Source of the DNA: Octopus sinensis | Taxonomy: Eukaryota | Assembly (NCBI RefSeq): GCF_006345805.1 | Contig: NC_042999.1 | Span: 67,828,001 to 67,892,000 of the forward strand | Reading direction: 5' to 3' | DNA length: 64,000 bases | Part shown: in pieces, positions 22,250-33,707 of the stretch | Numbering within the stretch: position 1 is the first letter of the stretch | Layout: each line of letters opens with the position of its first letter | Notes under the pieces: generated by a model | Databases searched by the model: none | Seen by the model: only the letters and a program-made list of their open reading frames with translations | Told to the model about the DNA's origin: nothing | Made by a program: the position numbers and the translations under genes

Positions 22250-22387
22250 TTTTGTTGAATTCTGCTGCTTTTAAATAAAGCATATTACTCTACCCCTGGT
22301 ATTTGAGTACTCTTTTTTCCACCTTGTTTCACATTTATGTGTTTACTCAGGTATATATATATATTTTCATAGCGTTTTCAAATAGCC

Positions 22388-22450
22388 AGATAACCGAAGA
22401 GATGGTGTTGTGGATTTCCACTTCGGCATCTGAAACTCAGAGTTTTATCT
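22388..22450 (+). ncRNA. Type-I hammerhead fold with C4 core
   Basis: AGAUAA CCGAAGA GAUG..GUGG(AUUU)CCAC..CAUC U GAAA CUCAGAG UU UUAUCU. Perfect 6-bp stem I. Confidence 0.7.
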
Positions 22451-22913
22451 TGACTATCGAATAATGTAACATATTATTGTATAGATAAATTTCCTCTATT
22501 TACATAATATTGAGGTCTCTTTCTTTCTTTTGTTATCTTACCGTTTTATCAATATATATATATATATACATACACACACACACACACAGAGGCAACTGTA
22601 CTTAATGTGTTGAACTGAAAATAATTTGTAATCAATTGAAATTTTAACTGTAATGGGAACACATACATATATAAATATACAAGGATTCACTAACATACAT
22701 ACATACATATACATGCGAACATTAACATGTACACATATTTACAGATGCACACAAACACACACACATATATATACACACATTTATATATATATATATATAC
22801 ACACACACATATATATACACACATTTATATATATATATATATACACACACACACATATATACACACATTTATATATATATATATATACACACACACACAT
22901 ATATACACACATT

Positions 22914-22949
<36 letters not shown>

Positions 22950-23020
22950 TATACACACATTTATATATATATATATATACACACACACACAACACACACA
23001 CACACACATATACACACATT

Positions 23021-23088
<68 letters not shown>

Positions 23089-23619
23089 AAACATACTTAC
23101 TTACACACACATATGCAAACCGTAAGAGCTAGCTATATATCAAGAACTCATTATTTAATTTGTCTTCCCTTTCACATCATTGTTTACTCAAGAGATGGCT
23201 TCTAATCATAGACCTCTAATTATATTTCAACAACTACAGAAAATCCTATTTCGCTAACACTGACTTCCCTCGCCCACCCACCCACATACTCCTTCCTTAT
23301 TTTATCTCTATCTTCAATTTATTTTCTTTATCCTTATCTTTGCTTGTTTGCTTGTTTCTTTCTTTCTTTCTTTCTATCACCATACCAATCTGTCATGTAC
23401 AGGTTACAATATTGAAGGAGCTTGAAGTTGTCTCGTATTCATTCGAATATTTGAATTCTTTTTTTGTTTTTGTTTTTGTCGTTTTCAAATAAATATAAGT
23501 TGGTGTGTGTGTGTGTGTGTGATTGTAAATGGCTTTATTCAACATAGATTGTGTGGTTTTGTTGTGACTGTATACTCTAACATTACTCTTTCTAGTCTGT
23601 CCAAGAAAAGAAAGAAAGA

Positions 23620-23766
23620 GAGACAGACAGATAGATAGATATAGACAGACAGACAGACAGATAGATAAATAGATAGATAGATATAGAGAGACAGACAGAC
23701 AGATAGATAAATAGATAGATAGATATAGAGAGACAGACAGACAGATAGATAAATAGATAGATAAAC

Positions 23767-23821
<55 letters not shown>

Positions 23822-23890
23822 GTTAAATATAGGTAGACAGTTACCAATAGATGGATAGATAGCAATCAACAGATAGCTATCAAAAGGTAG
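23620..23890. repeat. (GATA)n/(GACA)n compound microsatellite
   Basis: Direct reading. Confidence 0.95.
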
Positions 23891-24439
23891 CTGTTGATAG
23901 ATAGATTGTAGGGAGTAAAAAATTCCAACGCAGCTGTTCAGTAGGGGGTTTTCAAAGAAGGGCCCCCATATGTAAATGTTTTGGCCCTTAACTCCTTTTA
24001 CTCTAATAAGGCTGGGCTGCTTCCAGGTCATGGCTTTAAGATAAGCCTCTGCTCACAGTCTGTACTATTGTCTGCACTGCAACCATCTTGGATGATCAAG
24101 GTGTCCCAAAGCCAATAGTAATCAGGGTACTGTAACAAGATTCAGTTTATACTAAAGCAGACACTGGAACATGATGCAGTCCTTGGGCCCATCGGATCCT
24201 GTTAAGCCATCTAACCCATGCCAATAAGGAGCATCATCATCATCGTCGTTTAACATATGTTTTCCATGCTAGCATGGGTTGGACAGTTTGACCGGGGTCT
24301 GGGAAGCCAGGAGGCTGCGCCAGGCTCCAGTCTGATCTGGCAGTGTTTCTACAACTGGATGCCCTTTCTAATGCCAACCACTCCGTGTGTGTAATGGGTG
24401 CTTTTTACGTGCCATTGACACAGGGGCCAGGTGAGGCTG

Positions 24440-24960
24440 ATGGATGCTAAATGATGACAATAGTGAGCAAGAGAGGAGACCGTGCTGGTACGATGATGTA
24501 ATGCATATGAATGAAGACAATTGACCAAGAGGTGCTGATTTCTAATTGTAGAGGGAATATGTGGAAGGGGTAGACCAGGGATGAAGTGGTCAGAAAGGAT
24601 CTTTAGATGTTGGGCCTTACAGAGGGGATAACAGGGAACCAAGACACCTGGTGGTTTGCTGTGCATGAGAAAACATGTCAAGCTAAGTAAAATTGTGGTT
24701 GCCCTTGTATAAAGGTATGCTCCCTGCATCCCTCTTCAGTTGAGCATTCCTAATCTTGTGAACTCAAGAGTGCTGGTGCCATGTAAAAGGCAACCAGTAC
24801 ATTCTATAAAGTGGTTGGCATTAGGAAGGGCATCTGGCCATATAAATCATACCAAAACAGACATGGAACTTGGGCAACTCTTCAGCTGGCCAGCATCTGT
24901 CAAACTATCCAACCCATGCCAGCATGGAAAACAGATGTTAAATGATGATGATGATGGTGG
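24440..24960 (+). mobile_element. RTE LINE 3' end: ORF2 C-terminus continuous with 3' UTR and (ATG)n tail
   Basis: EQERRPCWYDDVMHMNED..GICGRGRP..(frameshift) KDL*MLGLTEGITGNQDTWWFAVHEKTCQAK*, then the shared UTR. Confidence 0.8.
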
Positions 24961-25589
24961 TGGTAATGTGTATGTATGTATGTATGTATGTATGTATGTG
25001 TGTGTATATGTTTGTGCTTCTGTGTTTGTCCCCCCAACATCACTTGACAACCGATGCTGGTGTGTTTACATCCCTGTAACTTAGCAGTTCGGCATGCTAA
25101 TGACGAATATTGCATTCATTTTCTTTCTTTCATTTTTTTTTTTTCTTTTTTTTTTGCAGAAAATTAAGAATTAACAAATTAACAAGCTAGAAGCATTTAA
25201 TGTTATACATTCTTAGCCAATGAAATGAGTTCAGTGTCCTCACAAGTGGAAGTCAAAACTGTTTACTGCCATGGCAACCTAATTGTCATGACAACAGAAT
25301 ATTGTCAAGAGTAGCCATGTGGCTCTTTTACAACATGAACCTGGTCTACCCCCAACCCCTTCCCTTGTACCTTAACCCCCATCTAACACACAGGCATAGC
25401 ATCCTTCCTCTCTGGGTTAGTTGACTTTTGTGCTGGAGGCACAAGAAAAGCACCCAGTACACACTGTTAAGTAGTTGACATTAAGAAAGGGCATCTAGCC
25501 ATGGAAACCATGCCAGAGCTGACACTAGAGCTCAATGCAGTCCTTTGACTGCATTGAGTCAAATCGGCCAAACCATGCCAGCACGGAAC

Positions 25590-26224
25590 TTGGATGCTAA
25601 ATGATGGCAAAAATTGGATGGTTTGACAGGAACCAGCAAGGCTGGAGAGCTGTGCCAGGTTCCTTTGTGTGCTTTGGCATGGTTTCTACAGCTGGATGTC
25701 CTTCCTAATGCCAACCACTTCACAGAGTGTACTGGGTGCTTTTTACGTGGCACCAGCACAGGTGCTTTTTACATGACACGAGTGCAGGTGCTTTTTATGT
25801 GACACGAGTGCAGGTGCTTTTGTTGTGGCACCAGCACAGGTGCTTTTTACTTGACACCAACACAGGTGCTTTTTATATGGCAGCAGCACAGGTGCTTTTT
25901 ACGTGACACCAGCGCAGGTGGTTTTTACGTGACACCAGTGCAGGTGACTTTTACATGACACCAGCACAGGTGCTTTTTACATGACACGAGCACAGGTGCT
26001 TTTTATGTGACGCCAGTACAGGTGCTCTTTATGTGGCACCAGTGCAGGTGCTTCTTATGTAGCACCAGTACAGGTGCTTTTCATGTGGCACCAGTGCCGG
26101 TGTTTTTTAAGTGGCACCAGCACAGGTGCTTTCTATGTGAAACTGGCACAGGTGTTTTTTATGAGGCACCAGCACTGGTGCTTTCATATGTGGCACCAGC
26201 ACTGGTGCTTTTATATGTGGCACA
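25590..26224 (-). mobile_element. RTE 3' UTR copy with internal 26-bp minisatellite (19 units, 25735-26224)
   Basis: Unit consensus ggtgctttttacgtggcaccagcaca, counted unit by unit. Confidence 0.9.
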
Positions 26225-26700
26225 GCCCAAGGGCATGCATAGGGCACTGTCATGGTTGTGTGAGTAAGAAGCTTGCCTCCCAACCACATTCTTTCAGGTT
26301 TAGTCCAATCTCTCACAATAACATGTTTGACCATGGATAAATATTACTTTACTTGGAGATAAAAGAGGGGTGGGCAACTGAGAGAGCATCCAGCTGTAGA
26401 AAATCTGCTTCATTGCTTTCTATCTGACCCATACAAGTATGGAAAGGTAAACATTTAAAATCACAACAACGATGCATGTCTGTTTTTAGGTTTCCTATAC
26501 TTTAAAACCTAGTGTTGTATATTTTGTATTCCTCTGTACTTCTTCACTTAGTGATTCAACAAACAAAGATCAATGAAATATGTACTGGACTGAAATAATT
26601 TCATGGGGCTGATATAATCAATTAAAACCCTTGAAAGCAGAGTTTCAGCATGGCTGGAGTCTATTGACTGAAACAAATAAAACTCTGTGTGTGTATGTCT

Positions 26701-26739
<39 letters not shown>

Positions 26740-26869
26740 TCTGGTTTTGAACATAATTCAATTGTCCAGTTGCTTTCTTAACTCATTTGCAGAAGAATAA
26801 GTTCCTTAAATAGATTCCCTCAAAAGAAATAAATCTCACAACAAACATTTAACTTGGGTATTCTAACAG

Positions 26870-26982
26870 CCAATGTGATAAGCATTGAAGAATGGAATAT
26901 AACACCATTACTCTCAGAAAAACCACTCAAAGAAATTACTTCTTTAGATTTACACTACAGTCAAGAACAATCCAAGCTATGA
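26870..26982 (+). CDS. Candidate terminal exon ending in SKL (possible PTS1)
   Basis: ttctaacag|cc then NVISIEEWNITPLLSEKPLKEITSLDLHYSQEQSKL*. Only one frame is open. No homology recognised and no nearby AATAAA seen. Confidence 0.22.
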
Positions 26983-27269
26983 AACCATTTTGACGTAAAA
27001 GATTTCCAGCCATTTCCTGTAAAATTTCCAATGAAGAAAGAAGAATGTCAAATGGGATTAAGATCTCTTAGTGAATGAAGAAACTGCTGAGAATGGTTCT
27101 TTATTATGCTTCACCCATTTCTGTGAAGGTGAAAAAGGAAATATGTACAATGTAACATTGGATGTCTTATTCTGAAATATCAAGTGATGCCTTTCAGCTT
27201 TGTTTTCGGTAATTCTCCATAGATTGACATCAAAAAGGGACTATAATCTATATAATTATTTATACGATA

Positions 27270-27321
<52 letters not shown>

Positions 27322-27567
27322 TATATATATGAGATATATATACAAGATATATATATGAGATATATATATACAAGATATATATACGAGATATATATATACA
27401 AGATATATATACGAGATATATATACAAGATATATATACAGATATATATATATTATATATATAATACAATCAACAAGATAGACTATGAACCATTTCATGAG
27501 ATTACATCATAATTGCATAATTCACTCATCATACACACAAGCAACCTCTGGCCACTTTGAATATATG

Positions 27568-27611
<44 letters not shown>

Positions 27612-28049
27612 AAATGTGTAAATAATTCCAATCTGATTTCTTGTAATACCAGAAACGATGCCATGTTATTGCACCCAGTTGTCAAACAAGTGGCATTTCC
27701 TAGATTGTCGGCATAAATTACTGACAGCAAGGTGAAGCTAACTATATTGAATTAAGTGCACTAATATATTAGATATTGACATACCTACTATGAAATTGAA
27801 CTCAGCCATTTCAACTCAACCTAAACACGTCAACAAATCCATCACAAACTATGGTTCAATGAACAAATGATGAAAATATGAAAATATTATTACACAAGTT
27901 AATGGATTTTTATCTAACTGGGTGACTAATCACAACATCAGTGATTTTGCAATCAATTTCCCTATATCAGGAGTAATAGATTTTGTATTAACATGTGGTT
28001 GGCAGTGGGTATATACAATTGATGAAGCCCAAGGATGCAGAAATGCGCA

Positions 28050-28631
28050 TCAAGCATTCTCAATGTGGAGGCTGTAGTAAACACCCAGAATGACAGGATT
28101 TTGGTCACACGGTCAGATGCTGTTCCTGAAGGCACCTGTAAGATGTTTTGCAGAATGAAACCCACTGGGGTGATGATTTGGGCAGCAGTGTCATCCAATG
28201 GTGGAAAATCCTCTCAGGTATTCATTAAAGAGAGGATGAAGGTCAATTTGGCAATTTAAATGAAAATGTTGGAGAATAATGTTTATCCATGGGTGACTGA
28301 AGCATTTGGAGATAATTATGTGTTCATGTAAGATGGCGCTCCTGGTCATATGTCCAATGTGACACAACAGTGGTGCAGGAACCATTTCAGTGGGTTCTGG
28401 GACAAGAATGTGCCCCGCCCCACTCCAGCCCTGACATCAACTTTATGGACTTTGCTATTTGGTCTATTCTAGAAAGTGACATTTCAGGAGTTTCCAACAA
28501 AAATATCACTGCTCTGAAGAAAGCCTTACATCATGGGGTCATTTAAGTGAAGGAGTCATCTGGCTTTTGTGTAACTCTGTTTCAGCCATCTTTAGGCTAT
28601 TGTGAAAGCTAAAGGTGGACATGTTGAATGA
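28050..28631 (+). mobile_element. Decayed Tc1/mariner transposase, probably D,D37D (maT-like)
   Basis: VEAVVNTQNDR..GVMIWAAVSSNG..FM*DGAPGH..WCRNHFSGFWDKN..SSPDINFMDFAIWSILE..KAKGGHVE*. Contains stops and frameshifts. Confidence 0.85.
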
Positions 28632-28651
28632 AATGTAGCTTGATATGTTAC

Positions 28652-28905
28652 ATCATCATCATCATCATTTAACGTCCGCTTTCCATGCTAGCATGGGTTG
28701 AACGACTTGACTGAGGTCTGGTTAACCAGATGGCTGCACCAGGCTCCAGTCTTGATCTGGCAGAGTCTCTACAGCTGGATGCCCTTCCTAATGCCAACCG
28801 CTCCGAGAGTATGGTGGGTGCTTTTACGTACCACCAGCACAAAGGCCAGTCAGGCGGTACTGGCAACGGCCATGCTCAAATGGTGCTTTTTATGTGCCAC
28901 TTGCA
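28652..28905 (-). mobile_element. RTE 3' UTR fragment
   Basis: (CAT)n then tttaacgtccgctttccatgctagc... Confidence 0.8.
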
Positions 28906-29575
28906 CAGTTCTTTAATTAAATCCTAAAGAACTCATGTGTTTTTATGCCCTTTACTAAAAATCATGACCAAAAATCAATCAGGAATTCTTTACGGTGCAC
29001 CCTCTACCAGACTCATTGATGGATATAAGCACTGCAGTTAATTTATTCAACTGAACACCTTCAAGGTGCTGTACCAGCATGGCTACAGTCCAATAACACA
29101 GACACGAAAGGTATATTCAAACACACACAAATAACACAGACAAAACACACACATACACAAAACAACTGTATTAAAAACAAAAACAAAAATATCTAATATA
29201 TATAATTTCACCATATCAAAACAAATACTAGAACTATGTCGTGTGTGTGTGTGTGTGCGTGTCAAATGAACAAAAAAGCTTGTATTTCACTTCCTGTCTT
29301 ACAACTTGCGAACAAGAATTGAAAGACGGACACATTTCATTTTAATTATAAGTGGTTATAATTAAATATGTTGCATAAATACAAACTTGAATTACAGATG
29401 TGCAGGTTGTTGCTGGTATTTGTAAGCTGCAAGGCAGAGTTGAATGAGCAGACCTATGTCTGATCAAAACCATTTCAACCATTACCATCCCATCTTGTAA
29501 TCTTTTTGCTTCAGCCAATGAACTGCAGCCATGCTGGAGCATTGTGTCAAAGGGTTTTAGTCAAACAAGTTGACT

Positions 29576-29807
29576 AAGGCAGGAAGCTGGCAGAATTGTT
29601 AGCACGCCAGGTGAAATGCTTAGTTGTATTTCATCTGCCATTACGTTCTGAGTTCAAATTCCGCCGAGGTCGACTTTGCCTTTCATCCTTTCAGAGTCAA
29701 TAAATTAAGTACCAGTTACGCACTGTGGTCGATGTAATCTACTTAATCCCTTTGTTTGTCCTTATTTGTCCCCTCTGTGTTTAGCCCATTATGGGCAATA
29801 AAGAAAT
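29576..29807 (+). mobile_element. Young Deu/Nin-like SINE with 9-bp TSD
   Basis: TSD aagttgact at 29567-29575 and 29808-29816. Confidence 0.88.
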
Positions 29808-30328
29808 AAGTTGACTCCAATATTTTAATTTCTTTCTAAAGGCTGATACTTTTTTCATCAGTCAATTTGGCAGGACTGTTCAATTACAGAGACATAATCA
29901 AAGTAACATCAGTTCTCAGGTGGTGAGGGGGGACAGACATAAACAAAAAGATACACACACACACATGTAGGACAAGCTTTTCTTGCTTACTGTTTACCAA
30001 ATCCACTCACAAGGTTTGGGTTGGCCTGGGGCTACAGCAGAAGTCACTTGCCCAAGGTGCAACACAATGGAATTGAATCTAAAACGATGCAAACTTTTTA
30101 TCACATAGCTATACCAGCCATATACTGGATAAAATGTCCTTCTTTTCAAGACAGTAAAATATGATGTGAGGGAATTTAGCTGTTATGCCTTGCAAAACTT
30201 GCAACCACATAGGGAACCTATTGTGGTTGTTATTGTTTAGCTGACCAAAATTTAGCACCTTATTCTCTGATGACCTGGCACCTGAGAATATCTTCGATGA
30301 CCTGACACCTATTTTTGACACCTTTTCT

Positions 30329-30416
30329 CTGGCGGTCAGACGCCTCTTCCCTGGCGGTCAGACGCCTTTTCCCTGGCGGTCAGATGCCTCTTCCCTGGCA
30401 GTCAGACGCCTCTTCT
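30329..30416. repeat. GC-rich 22-bp tandem repeat x4
   Basis: ctggcggtcagacgcctcttcc units start at 30329, 30351, 30373 and 30395. Confidence 0.95.
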
Positions 30417-31304
30417 CAGGTAATCAAGTACCTTTTCTCAGATGGTTAGGTACTTAATCTCAACATCTAGAGGAAATGAAGCAACATAAAGTACATTGTT
30501 TGCCCAGAAATGAAAAACAAAGTAAGTTTGAAATTAAAACCAAAATGTTTTGAGAAAGTTTCTGGGAGTTTATTCCAAATGAAGTCTAGAATGTGTTTGT
30601 CCACAGTGTAGACCTTAGCACTGAGTATTGTGAGGACATGTGCAGGCACAAATACTCTAGCACTTGTAAAGTGACAGCTTTTTGTATTGCAGGAAGGTGA
30701 TAGCCTTATTCTGAGGGCCTTTTTCATACTGTGGTAGAAACGCTATTACATGCTGTGGGATTGAACCTGAAACCATTCATGATTGTGAATCAAACTTCTT
30801 AACCGCATAACCATTAATTAATTAGATTTAAGTCCATTAGTATGAAATTGACCAGAGATGAGAGCTTTTACTCAGAAATAACAAACATAGGAGTTTCTAA
30901 CTTTGTTACAATTACAAAGCTCGCTGGTACATATCCTGCTAGCCACTTCAAAAGACATAGTTAGTTGTTAGCTGTCAGGAAACGAAGTTCCTGTTTCTTG
31001 GCAGGAAAGTAGGTTTTTGTTTTCATTTTTTTTTTCTTTTTTTTTTTTTCCAAAGCTGTTCAATAGAATAGAGTAAAGTGATTTCAGAAGAAATACAGTT
31101 CCAGAAAACGAATTATGGCAGTTTTAATGCTGATCTTAGGCCTCGAGTTACTGACCTCAGTCCCATCCTAGATTTCTTAAAGTTTCTAATAATATTCCAT
31201 GAAAAAGAAGTTTTTATTAGTAAGTGGAACAATAGTAATCTTAATGCAAAATTCCTTGAAATTTACTTGTTTATTGAATACACACACACACACACACACA
31301 AGGT

Positions 31305-31700
31305 GCAGGGGTGGCAGTGCGGTAAGTAGCTTGCTTACCAACCACATGGTTCTGGGTTCATTCCCACTGTGTGGCACCTTGGGCAAGTGTCTTCTACTAT
31401 AGCCTCGGGCCGACCAAAGCCTTGTGGTAGAGGGAAACTGAAAGAAGTCCGTCGTATATATGTATATATATGTATGTGTGTGTATATGTTTGTGTGTCTA
31501 TGTTTGTCACCCCAACATCACTTGACAACCGATGCTAGTGTGTTTATGTCACCGTAACTTAGCGGTTCGGCAAAAGAGGCCAATAGAATAAGTACTCGGC
31601 TTACAAAGAATAAGTCCTGGAGTCGATTTACTTGACTAAAGGTGGTGCTCCAGCATGGCCGCAGTCAAATGACTGGAACAAGTATAAGAGAGAGTAAAGA
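31305..31700 (+). mobile_element. Near full-length bipartite CORE-type SINE
   Basis: tRNA-like head, CORE-like motif, (TA/TG)n and 3' module. Confidence 0.85.
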
Positions 31701-31849
31701 GTATACATACACATATAAATACCTGTCTGAGATGTCTAAGAGAGCATAAGTCAGGGAGAAGATGTACTCGTACATCTGTCAATAGAGTGAGTATATTATT
31801 TGAAATGTATAGTATTATATACCCATCACAGCTGATCTTACTAATTAGA

Positions 31850-32128
31850 GTGGAGGCACATGGCCTACTGGTTAGAGCAGCAGACTCGCGGTCAAGGGAT
31901 CATGGGTTCGAATCCCAGACCGGGCAAAACACCTTAGCTCCACGCGGCTCCGGCAGAAGGTAATGGCGAACTTCTGCTGATTCTTTCGCCACAACTTTCT
32001 CTCACTCTTTCCTCCTGCATCTAGCAGCTCACCTGCGACGGACCAGCGTCCAGTCCAGGTGGGGAACCTATACGCCAAGGAAACTGGGAAACCAGCCCTT
32101 ATGAGACAGGCATGGCTCGAGAAGGAAG
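31850..32128 (+). mobile_element. tRNA-Arg-like SINE with internal deletion
   Basis: tggcctactggttagagcagcagactcgcggtc...gggttcgaatccc. 3' end gcatggctcgagaagg. Confidence 0.8.
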
Positions 32129-32640
32129 GATCTTACCAATTGGTTTCAAGCAAAGAATACAATGAAGTGTTAGGCAACAATCCGATTATATAACCTTATG
32201 CTCATCAGAGTTAGCTGATATGGGAGGGAATATGGTGACTGCTCTCTATTGTCAGAGGTGGGTGAACACAACTTGTGACCAGCTGTTGTGAAAAAGGTGG
32301 TGAAGCAAAAAAGGGCCAGGGAATTAGGGCTAGGAGTTATGTCACTTGGTTGAGTATGCTGTGAGTCTGGTAAGAGTTATCTTGAAGTGTTTGTGGGGAA
32401 AGTGTGCATTATTAAGAGTGGTGGTCCTGTGCGGATGGGGTGTGTAATAGGTGTAGTGGTGTCATATGCATGATTTTTTTGGTGGGGTGTAGGTATATAT
32501 AGCTGTGTTTGTTGGTCTGTTTTCTTTCTATAAAGGATAAGGTCACGGGGGGGTTTTAAGTTAACAAGTGGTTGTAATGTGTGTGTGTGTGTGTGTGGGT
32601 ACATGTGTGAAGGGGTAAATGTGAATATATATATACATAT

Positions 32641-32870
32641 AAGGCGGCGAGCTGGCAGAGACATTAGCACGCCAGGCGAAATGCTTAACAGTATTTCGTT
32701 TGTCATTACGTTCTGAGTTCAAATTCCGACGAGGTTGACTTTGTCTTTCATCCCTTCGGGGTCGATAAATAAAGTACCAGTTTCGCACTGGGGTCGATGT
32801 AATCGACTTAATCCCTTTGTCTGTCCTTGTTTGTCCCTTCTATGTTTATCCCCTTGTGGGTAGTAAAGGA
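32641..32870 (+). mobile_element. Young Deu/Nin-like SINE
   Basis: ggcggcgagctggcagag...ccttgtgggtagtaaagg. TSD is ambiguous within (TA)n. Confidence 0.88.
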
Positions 32871-32877
32871 AAAATAT

Positions 32878-32910
<33 letters not shown>

Positions 32911-33164
32911 ATCTTAGAATTAATCTTATTCTAATTGTGGGAGGACCCCTGGTTTTCATCCCCTACATATATGCTTTCTCATTGGTAATGCCTTCCTGTA
33001 TATATGCTGAAATGTTTTCGTTTTTCCAAATAAATTGCACTTCATCTTTGAGGCTCTGATGAAACTGTAAGGTGTTACTCGAGCACTCAACTATGAGTCC
33101 ACAATATCTTATAAATGTTGTTATTCGATGCCCCTGTATCAAGTCATACAAAACTTAGAAAGCA

Positions 33165-33440
33165 CCACTGCTACCTACTAACCTTGATGACCTGAAACAT
33201 TGGATAACAACAGCGATCAACTCAGTGGATCGGGATATGCTGATATGCGTCTGGGAGAAATTCTCTTATCGTATTGATGTTGCCTGTGCTGAAGGTGGTG
33301 GCCACACTGAACACTTGTAAGACAGGAAACAAAAGTTGATTGTGAGTAAATACTTGTGACTTAGCTGGAGCTTTCTATTGCTTTTCCTTATTAAGATATA
33401 GCATAATGAAATTGGTTCATTCTTTTTGAATAACCCTGTA
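33165..33440 (+). mobile_element. Tc1/mariner-superfamily 3' end (transposase C-terminus plus TIR)
   Basis: PLLPTNLDDLKHWITTAINSVDRDMLICVWEKFSYRIDVACAEGGGHTEHL* (33165-33320). Ends ...gaataaccctg|TA. Confidence 0.8.
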
Positions 33441-33707
33441 TATATATCCCTCTCTCTCTCTTTCGGAGAGGCACTGAGCAGCTATACGCACACATACACA
33501 CACGGCAGTAACTCCCGCCTACCGAATTCAATCACAAAGCTCCGGTCGGCTCGGGGCTATAGTAGAAGACACCTACCCAAAGTGCCACGCAGATATATAT
33601 ATATATAATATATATATATATATATTATATATACACACACACACACACACACACATTTATGTATTTGTTTTGCTAGATTTTTGATGTGAAATCGTGTGTT
33701 GAAACAG

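Noticed and set aside
25130-25200. Very strong acceptor tttttttttttgcag
   Set aside because: All three frames stop within 11 codons and no donor follows.
25735-26224. CRISPR-like look of the palindromic 26-bp array (also 36011-36617 and 49219-49468)
   Set aside because: No unique spacers, no cas genes, eukaryotic repeat context. Linkers are homologous to each other.
31860-31925. tRNA genes (also 53173-53240, 54690-54756, 13310-13375)
   Set aside because: A and B boxes are present but acceptor stems do not close, and each continues into a SINE body.
32175-32212. Minus-strand CUGAUGA-GCAU..AUAU-AA-UCGGA-UU
   Set aside because: GAAA, stem II and stem I are all defective. It may be a very old HHR but is not supportable.
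33050-33100. CTGATGA followed by ACTCGAG palindrome
   Set aside because: No GAAA and no stem I.
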